The translations under genes were made by a program, and so were the position numbers. A DNA stretch of 64,000 nucleotides. Origin: Macrostomum hystrix. Taxonomy: Eukaryota; Animalia; Platyhelminthes. The stretch covers positions 5,828,001 to 5,892,000 of the forward strand of contig CATNEN010000011.1 in the NCBI GenBank assembly GCA_950097015.1, read 5' to 3'. Under the pieces are notes generated by a model, which saw only the letters and a list, made by a program, of their open reading frames with translations, was not told where the DNA came from and ran no database searches. Positions 24,006 to 34,700 of the stretch are shown one piece after another (positions within the stretch are counted from its first letter, which is position 1; every line of letters starts with the position of its first letter).

Positions 24006-24556
24006 CAGGACCGTATCACAGGAGGACATCGCTCAGCAATTAATGTTAAGCGATAGCAAGAATGAGGAAACAGACCTCGTAGACTAATTGTTTCTAAGTG
24101 ACAGTGACAATGTCGCCCAAGTGTGGGAACGAGAAGCAGAGAATGAAGCACCCATGAAACAGCCAACCCGGCCTAAGCCTGTAGGAGTTACAAAGAAGTT
24201 AATCAAGCAAAAGGGGCCGGAGGTGCGTACTGCGCCTACCGTGCCAACAGCTTTGGTAAAATCACAACCGCTACCCACGGTTCTTCAGGCAGTAAAGAGT
24301 TGGCCGATATGAAGATAAACGATCGCCACCGAAGCGAGAGGAGATTGCACAAGTAATCAATAAACTACAGCGCAATTTCTTGCCTGAACTTGCAGTGGCT
24401 GCATGGCGGCGAGCCACACAGTATGCTCTACATTCATTGGATTTAATCGTCAAGGGATTTGACGTATTAAAGATGCGCACCAAAGCAAGCTGGATCGGCC
24501 AAGAGGTCGGCTGGCCCTTCAAGGATCAACTTCCCGAAGAATTTGCGATGGACTAA
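24001..24556 (+). pseudogene. Degenerate accessory ORF (ORF3) downstream of pol, about 185 codons, unknown function
   Basis: ATG 24001 (MIRTVSQEDIAQQLMLSD...), a TAA at 24085-24087, ORF 24088-24312 in the same frame, then a +1 frame open to TAA 24554-24556 (...EEIAQVINKLQRNFLPELAVAAWRRATQYALHSLDLIVKGF...EEFAMD). GC content is coding-like and drops right after the stop. Confidence 0.55.
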
Positions 24557-25066
24557 AATTTTATGTAAATTGGACTTTCTTTTTAGTATGCCTATCCCCA
24601 TGCCTATACCTATATCTCTGTCTATGTTTTATCTTTTATGCCTATGCCTATGTTTTATTCTTTGTGCTTATCCTATGTGCTTTTATTTTTGAGTGTTTGA
24701 TTATTTTTTCACTTTTATTTAAAAATCATCTTAAGGGAAGCCAGTTGAGATAGATAGAATTTTATTAGTATTGTTTTAAACCTTTTTGATGTAAATAAAT
24801 TTTGTTAACGAATTATATTACAAAATGTATTCTATTATTATACTAGGCGCTTTTATTTTTCATATGGTAAATAGTATTTTCCTTTAAAAAAAGAAATTAA
24901 TTACAACAATTGTTTTATTTTTTCCCGCCACCTCAAATATTTCATATAAATAGGAGTGATTTTTATGTCCTCAAAATATACGCTCATCTTTGGCGATCAA
25001 ACTAGAAAGCCATATTAACTAGTGCTCTCTAAAATTATATAACTTAGTGTTAATTATTTAAAGGTT

Positions 25067-25326
25067 CTAGAACTGTATTAGTTCTGGTAACGAGGAAGTA
25101 TACGGTGATCATAGTGTTGAACTGTACTAGTTCTATACTATTATCTAGGGTATATCAACGTATTGTTGATCTAAAATAAAGACGTATTGTCTTTATTACT
25201 TAGGTTAAATCAACGTATTGTTGATCTAAATAAGACATATTGTCTTATTAGTTTGGATATATCAACGTATTGTTGATAAAATTAAGATGTATTGCCTTAC
25301 TGTTTAGGGTGTATTATCCTGGACAG
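25067..25326 (+). other. Cluster B: nine consecutive stem-loops with GTAYT (one ATATT) loops
   Basis: Hairpins at 25069-25085, 25111-25141, 25154-25170, 25175-25197, 25209-25225, 25229-25249, 25260-25278, 25283-25299 and 25300-25326. Stems are 6-13 bp with G-T pairs. Confidence 0.85.
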
Positions 25327-25840
25327 ATAAATATAGTGAGATCATACATAGTGTACAGCCAGTAAGGTATAAATATACAATTCCCGACTGTATTAAGAAA
25401 GAATCCTCACTCCTGATCGTGACTACGGGGCAACTTCAATCCACCGCGTAAAGCCCCGGAAGACTGGAAATAGAGTTTTAGGGAGTGCCTTACCGCTCGG
25501 GCACATTTAGCTACCATAGTAACACGTCATTCATGTGATACTAGGCCTAATAGACAAATATTAGAAACTAGGATAAATAAAACCGCACGGCGAGAACGGC
25601 TTTTACATATTTCTTGAACAAATAGAAAAATCTAAGCTACAAGGCGTACCTAAAAGCTAGGTCTAGTCTAAGCTCAGATGGCGCAAAGATACGATTGTAA
25701 CCATCCCTATGTGAATCAGCCGACAGTCTCATAGTTTAGAATTTAAACAGAATAATGAACTGAACAGATTTGGCATTGGCGATATACCACTTAAATTCCA
25801 ATGGCTAGTTAGCGGGATTTATGACTATTTAGTAAGTTCA

Positions 25841-28800
25841 CTAGTAAGTAAGAAGACTGCAGTCTTTTACGTGGGGGCGAACATAAAGGGATTTCTACTC
25901 ACTGCTATATTCTTTCCTGCATTTAGATGCACAAAAATGCACAAACGGAATATGCACTTGTTTTAATAAAAGCTATTCAAAAATTTCGACGCAAGCACTT
26001 TCTGCAAGGAGGTCGTTTTATCAATAAAAAGAAAAATATTTTTCTCTGAATTGAACCTTTCCCTTTAGGCTCGAATTGAACAAATGTATTCGCGAAAACC
26101 AATGAAGGAACTATGGGTGAATAGAGACAGAAAGGTGGCATATGATATAAACAGCATAGTAAAGCATATTTCCGCTTAAATCGCAAGTCGACGGAAAAAC
26201 GGCTCAAACAGAGGAACAAAATGCTCAATAAAAGAGTCAAAATCGTTTGGAAGCATTTAGAAGCTATATGGCTGCCTTGTGCCCCTAATCATACACACAA
26301 CTGCAGTAAACTATGCCAATTTCAAGTTACACCACTACACTGCAATTGACGAAACAATGCAACAACTGGACTGCAATCAAGGCAACAATTCAACAAACAG
26401 AGTGCAATCAACGGAATGATTCAACCACTGAAGTACAATCAAAGCAATTTAATGCAAAAAATGTAATGCAAACGGAGCAGCAACATACTCGTATTAATTG
26501 CAATCTAAGCAAACGAACGCAACTGACATGTCAACAAGGGAACGTACGATATGAAATACAAACAAGCCAGCCATTTATTAAACTTGAATGAAATTCCAAA
26601 TTACTGCATGCAACTGGAATACAATCAGCGAAATTTACACAATTAAAAAGCGATTCGATGACTTGAAAAGTGGAGGCTATGCTATATGCACAGCATATAA
26701 GCAGCAATTAAATGCAATTTAAATGCAAAATTAAATTGACTAGGCCTATTGAGGGCTGGCTAAGACATTTTTTTAATTAGATTAAAACTAATCTTACAAT
26801 AGCACCATTATGTGCTAGAGCAAATTTATAAAGGAGAATAATGATTCATATGACTGGCCAAGTACATTAAAAGCAATTAAGTATAAATGCATAGAAAAGA
26901 TAGGGAAAATATTACACAGCTTGAAGCAGACTTTTTGACCTGAATTTAAATATCTAAGATGTCATCACTTGCACAAAATTTGTGATGACTGTAACATAGT
27001 GTTAATTCAATAAAAAGGCATCCTACGTATTGAACATTATTAATAAGACTTTGTAAGAGAATATAAATGCACTTTTTGTGCATATGGCATATACTTTCGA
27101 ATACTGCAAGATGTGAGTCAATAAAAGAGTATAATCGACATTATCAACACGACAATGAAGACCGACATTTAAATGCGCATCAATTACATTATCCATGCAA
27201 AAGTAAAAAAACCCAGACAAATCATAGGCCTGCGCGTGTGTGATGTGACAAGCGTCAAAACACGTCCTGAAAGGCGATAATGTTCAAATAAAAAGTTTCA
27301 ACGACACAAAGACGTGCGCGCTAAAAGGAAATACAACATAAGGTGATTTCTACTGACTGCTACATTCCTTCCTGCATTTAGATGCACAAAAAATGCAGAA
27401 ACTGAATATGCACTTGTTTTAATAAAAGCAATTCAAAAATCTCGACGCAAGCATTTTCTGCAAGGCGGTCGGTTTATCAATGAAGAAGCTTAAAAAGTTG
27501 CAATCATTTAGGATTTAATCATCAAAATGAAAACCGTTTGCCAAACGGCAAGCAACCAAAAAAAGTTTAACTACCACAGATACTGTTTATCATCAACGGA
27601 ACTTGCAAAATCTTTCAATAGCAAATAACGGATGCTTCAAAAATGATAGTGTCCAAAATTTGTACCCCTTACCTTCATGTACTCAATAGGATCCAGACAC
27701 GACACACGTTAACCAATCTAGCCGTGTGAGATGTCGTTGGAATGTAGACAACATTCCGCGTCGATTGAAGCCATCCGCGCTTAAAGCCATCAGGAATTCG
27801 CAGACTTATACACAAAAGTACACACAAATATGCACAATGTACACGCTGTGCATAATTACATTTTCAGGTACTAATCCTAACAGGTAATACGTGTATCGAC
27901 GGCAGTATTTTTTCCATATACCCACATGGGATGTGCATCTTTAAATACCAAGCTCAATGAGTATTACGCCCTTTTCGCCTCCAGCCGTAGGTTTGAGCAC
28001 AGCAAAGTCTGCACCGGTCCCGAACCCGACCTTTCACCAGTCTGGGTGGACTTTCTCAGCCCGGGTAGGGCCGAAAGGTGCGCGCAATATCTTGTTAGAC
28101 GCAAAACAATATTTCCAGTAGATTGACGCATCATTCGACAAATTCGGAGCCGGATTTCGCGAAATGCGCGCGTCGAAAGGAGAAAAATACAAATTTTTCA
28201 CGAAAGTGTATGTGCACTATTATGTACTTTTAATACACTTGCGATGTACTTTTATCAACGCCGACTCAGTATGTCATGTGCCCTAATGTTGTGCATACTA
28301 CATCGCTTGCGGCTAAGCTGTCCGACTGTTTGTCTTCGAAAAAAAAATTTTTGACTCCACCAAGGTCGGCATGCATTTTCGAGAAAACGGCAAAAATGCA
28401 CGTTTTGCACTGCATTTCCCAGTACTGCTTGATAACCGTGCATTGCATAGAGTCGCCTTGCAAAGCGTCGTGTAGCAGGCATCCGTGCCGAATTTTTGAC
28501 ACCACTTGCGCAGTGCAACTACCTGCCATTCAGCTGCAGTACCGTGCAGCACGCAAGTGTAAAATCTGGCTGCGCCATATTTTACACTTGCTTCATCAGA
28601 TATCAGGCGCGCGGTACACTCGCAGTCCATTGAGTCACACCTCGCTGGAAAGAACTCACCGAGTAGAAAAAAAAGACACCACCCGCGTGACAATCGATTC
28701 AGCCCTTGGGGAGCTGCGCTGGAAAATGTAACCCAAAAAAGCAGTACCTAAAAGTATGTTTTTTGCACTTTTATCATACACTATGAGGAAATTGAAAAAT

Positions 28801-29219
28801 CGCTTTCCTGCCTCGCCTGGGCCAGGCCTGCCCGCAACTTTTGTGTCTCAACTTTTCTCCGTGCCAGAAAAAATGTGCGCTGGAAATGAGTTTGCGTAAA
28901 ATCGATTTCCAAAAAAATGGCAGTTTTACGTTGCCATGGCAACCCTCACGGGTTGCCATGGCAACCAACCGCCATAAATCGGATAACCCTATAAGTTACC
29001 TACCCAACGACACCACCCGCGAGGCAAACGGTTGAGGCAGTCTCAAATGGCGCCCAATATGCATTGAAAATGCGTGATTTTCGAGGTGTTTTCTATCTCA
29101 CTACGTACGCTGGATCTTAGGTGGGGCTCACTCCGATTTCGCCCCTCGGCCTCTACCGAGGCCTCGGTGCTCGGCGCTTCGCGCCTCGCGGCTCAATACT
29201 ACGTTCGCCCCCAACTAGT
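25841..29219 (-). mobile_element. Non-autonomous Helentron/Helitron2-type (HINE-like) element
   Basis: 11-bp sub-terminal inverted repeat TGGGGGCGAAC at 25872-25882 and 29203-29213. On the minus strand the 5' copy is followed by a GCGAAGC hairpin (29173-29185) and a 14-bp palindrome (29155-29168). The 3' copy is followed by palindrome AAGACTGCAGTCTT (25853-25866), 8 nt, then CTAG and T. An internal direct repeat of about 145 bp links 25881-26025 and 27336-27482. No transposase ORF. Confidence 0.65.
28930..28966. promoter_or_regulatory. Two perfect RFX X-box-type palindromes GTTGCCATGGCAAC
   Basis: Exact 14-mers at 28930-28943 and 28952-28965. Function is not shown. Confidence 0.45.
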
Positions 29220-31707
29220 TAAATCGTGAAAATTGGAAGTTTAATTCCTGCCTTGCCAGCCTTGTATGTATGTCGCAGACTTTTGTAGAAATAAACTACT
29301 CATTAAAGAAAATTAATTTTTAAATGCTTATGTGCTAAGGCTATAACAAAGTTTATAGCCTTCATAGAATACTTAGATTTACGCTGCATAATAACTATTC
29401 TGTAAAAATTACGTTACAATTAAAAACAGTTTCTAGAATAAAAAACTAATGTGTTTCTTAACTTTATCTTTGAATTTCAATCTGATGTTCTAAATCAGTA
29501 CTACAAGCTTCTGCGGCCCACAAGGCGTTACGAGCAAGATACTATAAACAAACTTTATTTGATAGTTATAGTACTAATGTTGTCTAGTTTTTAATGTAAA
29601 ATCATGATAAAATTAGTGACCAAATGTCTTTATCTGTCTTCTAGATTCAGATGTTAAAAAAGGAAGGGCATTTACAAATTTAAAAAGAAAAAAATTTACA
29701 AATCTACAAATTTTTACTTCAAGCACCGAGCACGAAGCACATAAACAATAAAAATATAAGCCAATGGAAAAAAGAATAGTGAGACCACAAATAAATAGGC
29801 TCTATTGTTTGCTATATCTCGTCTAGGCTTATGGTCCTTTTCAAAGTAATAGGTTTTGCTTACTGGACTTTTAATGATAAGCTAGGCCCTATTAATAACT
29901 TATGTTGGCCTAATCATGATGTATGTATTGTATACCACTTTATCCATTAGTTTTTGCCACCATGATTGTATTTTTTCTCTGCTATTTTCAATATAATTTA
30001 GTTGTAAAAAATAAATATTATAAATTAAACTATGATTAATTTCCCTATTTTGAGCCTAGTAGGCCTATTATTCTTAAGTCTTAACTGTGTAATCCAAACT
30101 GTTACTTCTTATTTTTTTAAATGTCATAGTTTTTTCACACCATTTTATGTAACAACTTAGGCATAGGCCTAACACAATTATCCAACTACAAAAAGCAAGT
30201 TGTCAAAAGAGCTAGGCCTACTTATTTATCTAGTGATAATAATAATAACTATAGGAGGGCTACAAGCCAGTGGCACATCATTTAGTTACACTAGACCCTC
30301 AGCCAGCAAGGAGGCAATTCTGCCCATTTCACTGACTCCTGAGCACACACAAACAGATACTGTATGCAAGGTATATGCTCACATAGGTGTGTAGGTCCCA
30401 AGTCATTTTGGTGACAAGACATTTCGGTGACAGAATTGGTCAGTTCGGTGATAACTATTTTTGCACCTAAATATGCTGAGAAAACAACCGGTGTGTACAT
30501 CTGCCCTGACTTTCTCATCATCAGGCAATGTACATTTATCTGTGCCTTGGAGGTTGGCCCTCAAGGGGCCAAGCCTTCTCTCTGCGGCTGCACCCCAAAT
30601 AGTAGCCTTGCCTTGAAATCAAACTTATGGACTGTGGTACAAGAGGCAAACGTAATAACTACTCTGCCACTGACCCCCTTTTATCTAGTGATACATAGGC
30701 CAAACATCAAAATGGACACAAAAACTGAATAGTGTTAAATAAACAGAATTAGCTTGGATTTATTACATTTGGTTATCCTAATAGTGAGGTCTACCTATAT
30801 TTTGCCTTTCCTTTTTGGGATACTTATAACTGTGATGTCCCACTTGAAAACCATATAAGAATTGATGCTGAAAATATAGTGATAAAAATAATATATATTG
30901 CATTTACAAAAAGGGCTATAATGAATATAAAGTTGTTTGAGATACTATTTCTGGCTATTATAGCTTAGGGGCCTAGATACTTAGTCTTTGATCCAGAGAT
31001 AATTGCTATACTCCATGTCCTCTTTTCAATATACTTTGGAAGTGTTTTATTTATGCACTCGATGTACCATTAATTAAATGGTCTAGCATTCAGCTAAGCC
31101 AATAGAGGTCAAAGCAATAAATAATAACGTACTTACTTATGAAGTATCAATAGTAGAAAATTGTGAAGGTTTTAGCTAGTTTTGTAAATATCCACAATTA
31201 CCTAAAATGTGGAAACATACTAAAAATCCTAATAGTATTCAGTAAAAGTTAGATATTAGGCCTAACAAATAATAGGCTGTGCCCATTATTTCTGCAATAG
31301 GTCTAGTTGGTTTTGTGCTAGAGAAATCAACAGTTTGCTTTATTGCTTAAAGCTCTTGTATTTTTAGATTTCTGTGCTGTAGCTATCAGTAATTATATCT
31401 TAAATATTAAGTTTATAAATGTGTCATTGGGCTTGTATAACTTTACTCATAACTAGCCCCTACTAGACTTAACAACTTATTGAAATGTAAATATAATTAA
31501 AATAATTATTGTATTATTATGTAAATTATCAAGGAATTGACAATTTTCTTATTTTGTTTATTTTGGAAGTTTGTCATTAAAATAAACTGATTCTTATTAT
31601 TTTTTATTATTCCAGTTGTAGAGTGCTCATCTTTTAATTTATAATTGAATCTGAAAGAATTGGAAACCATCATACCAAAAGTAGTCAAAGTACTTAATAT
31701 TTGAACT

Positions 31708-34700
31708 ATGCAGCAGTGGAATAATAGCTTTCAAGCTGCCGGCTCTTGGTATCCACAACAGCAGATGCCACAGATGGTACCACAGATTATGCCCCAAATG
31801 GCCCAATATATGCCTCAGATGCCACAGCAAATGTCTCAGATGCCTCAACAAATGTCTCAGATGCCTCAACAAATGGCTCAGATGCCTCAACAAATGTCTC
31901 AGATGCCTCAACAAATGTCTCAGATGCAGCAGCTGATGTCTCAGATGCCACAACGTGTAGTGCAGCAGCAGCAGCATCAGGAGCAGCTAAGCAAGCAAAC
32001 TGAACAAAATAAAACAAAGCAACCGCCGTCGCTAATGTCAACAATATTGCCCAGTTCAGTTGGCTCTAGTGTTGGAGGCTCCAGTGTTCTAGGCTTAGGC
32101 ATGCCCACTGCTCCAGCTACTCAGCCAGCTATTGCAGCGGGTCTCTCAGCCCAGACGAGGTCTCCAATTGGTTTGGCTGGGGGTGGCGGCAGTCACCCGT
32201 TCGCCAGAGGTCGAGCATTCAATGCGGCTTCTAATTTGCCTCCCGCGGCGGCGGCGTCCTTGTCTGCTAGTGCGTCTTCGACTACTCCGCCATTGTCATC
32301 TCCTGTGGCATCCACGGATTTGCCAAATCAGTATAAGCAGCATCAGCAGAAGAGGAGCCTGTCCCCACCTATTGCAAAGCCTCACTCAGCTTCATCATCT
32401 TCTGGCATGCTTGATAATGCGTCCCCAACTAATTCTAGTCATCCGCGTGGCCTTCCACCGCCTTGCACAATGGTCCGGCTAGATACTACTCGTAAGGATT
32501 TCAACATCCTGCTGGATCAGAGCTCCGGAGGTGGCATCAGTTGTGCAACTCTGTCGCCAACCGCTTACGCCGAAGATCCATTAGACGAAATGGAATTCGG
32601 TTGCTATTATATCTGGGGCACCGTGCTAGGGAATCACGGCGTTACAGAAGGTCGCACCTACTATGAGGTGGCCTTCGCTGAGGCCATCAATTCCTCTCAG
32701 GCGCCGTTCACTTTTGCCTGCTTTCGCGCCGGCTGGACACTAGCGCCGCGCTTCTGCGATTGGCACCTACCTGGCGACAGGAAAAACACTTGGTGCTACT
32801 CTTCGTATGGCGCTTCATTTAACGAGGGTCAAATGTATTTAGACTACGGTATCGAATTGCATACGGGCGACAGTCTGTCTCTGCTCATTGATGTTAAATC
32901 GTTAGGCGACTGCAACGCCACCGCCGAGTTCAGCGTAGAGATTCGCTGTGAAGATGGCAGAAAATTTGTGGGGCCAAGTCAGCAGATTTTCTATCGCTGT
33001 CTGGCTAGCGACGGCAAATCTAGGCTGGCCTGGTTTCCCCACCTGGCTCTCATGAACTGCAGGCTAGACTGCAACTTCGGCGCTATGCCAGTGGCCTTGG
33101 ACGAGAGGATGAACGCTGGAAGGCTTATTCTAGGAAAGATGCCAGCCAGGTATGGGCGAAATCTTGTCTGTGTGTTGGATTTTGGGAAAAAAATATTTAC
33201 ATATCGGCAGGATAATTTTTATATTCTGGTTTTTATTAGTGTAGAAAACTTTGATTCTGGGATATTATTAGTCTTCTCTAAGTATAATTCTAGATTTTCT
33301 ATCTGATTTTTGATACATATCGGGTAGAATCAAGTAGATTTCCGTCAAAATGCTGAAGGGTAACTTCCTTTCTAATTGATAGTCTATGGCATAAAAGGTT
33401 GTTTGAGCTTCAGCTGCTTCGTCAAAGTCTAACAAAATTTTTATAGGGGTTAATTTTGTGTGAAAGCAATGCAAAAAAGGCAAAGTTCGATGATATTAGA
33501 ACGAGAGTAAAGAATAGATCACAGATACTATAATAACTTATTATAGTATCTTATTAACTTATTTTAGTTATTATAGTATCTGTGGAATAAATTAGAGTTT
33601 AGAAGAGTTTAAAACGAGAAGTTAACAGTTAAAGTTATTTCAACTCAGTGTAATTAAGTTACTCAAAGCACCGTTATTGAGACGTGCATTTAGTTTTGAT
33701 GAAAAATTCGAGTGGTTGCTAAGGCCTCCACCTTCAGTTTTTTATCCGGATGGATTGCTTTAGATGTCGTCAATCTACCCCTGATTTTGGTTTTTTCTAT
33801 ACATATCGGATAGACTTTGTTACACCAATCCATCATTAAACAGAGCTCTGCAGGCAAGTGAGTACGCCGATCCGGTCTCAAGCGCTCTGCCGCCCAAGCC
33901 TGAGCTGCATCTGACTGTCGGCCTGCCATCTAGCGGCAAGACCTACTACGCTCGCACCCTGCCTTATACTAGGCGAAGACTGCTAATTGGCATGGATCAG
34001 CTGGTTGAGATGACACTCATACCTGAGCGGGGCATCACTCGCAGCATGGGCCAAGATGTGCATACTAGAGACCGGGTCAACTACTTTCTGTACACCTACG
34101 GTTCCAGGATTATGTTTATGCAGGCGGACGAAGCGATCGCAATGGGGTGTGATGTGCTAATCGATCAGTGCAACGTGTCCATATTTACACGGGCAAAGCG
34201 GGCTAGGAAGTTTGTGGAATCCGGCTATTCGGTCACTCTGCATGTTGTTCATCCAACTCCGGCTATGATGGCCGAGTATAAATCTAAACTATTGGCCGAA
34301 TTCGGACTGAGAGGCTCTGAGACAGCTAGGCTACAATTGCAGGCTAATTTCACTTTGCCTACTGAGCAGAGCGATCAGGTGCGTTTTTATGGCGCTTTTA
34401 TGGTTTCCAATTTCAGGATGCCGAAATTGGCTATTTAAAAAAATTTGCACTCGTATAAGTAGGATTATTGTTTCTGAGTGATGTCTCTGTGTGAGGTATG
34501 GGATCAATGTGTGAGGTATGGGATCAATGTGTGAGGTATGGGATCAATGTGTGAGGTATGGGATCAATGTGTGAGGTATGGGATCAATGTGTGAGGTATG
34601 GGATCAATGTGTGAGGTATGGGATCAATGTGTGAGGTGTGGGATCAATGGGTGAGGTATGGGATCAATGTGTGAGGTATGGGATCAATGTGTGAGGTGTG

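Larger units (their letters stand above)
17963..25840 (+). mobile_element. Decayed Ty3/gypsy LTR retrotransposon (gag, -1 frameshift, PR-RT-RH-IN, extra ORF, hairpin-rich 3' region)
   Basis: Domain order PR (LLDTGA), RT (FSSLDLNSGYWQV, GLSNAPGTFQR), RNase H (LDTDAS, ELLALV, RTDHK) and integrase (HHCC zinc finger; HVDIIGP, HTDNG, NGLVERFN) is the gypsy order. PBS-like TGGTGAC at 17963. No paired LTRs were found, so the 3' limit is uncertain. Confidence 0.9.

Noticed and set aside
25067-25326. CRISPR-like array interpretation of the hairpin cluster
   Set aside because: There are no constant-length identical repeats with unique spacers, no cas genes, and the context is eukaryotic.
25408-25487. 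Canonical hammerhead ribozyme
   Set aside because: The core reads CTGATCG and GAAG rather than CUGANGA and GAAA, and the required pairing at position 15.1-16.1 is absent.
28255-29035. Overlapping 64-151 aa ORFs in the GC-rich part of the Helentron-like element
   Set aside because: They are open on both strands with no Rep, helicase or transposase motifs.
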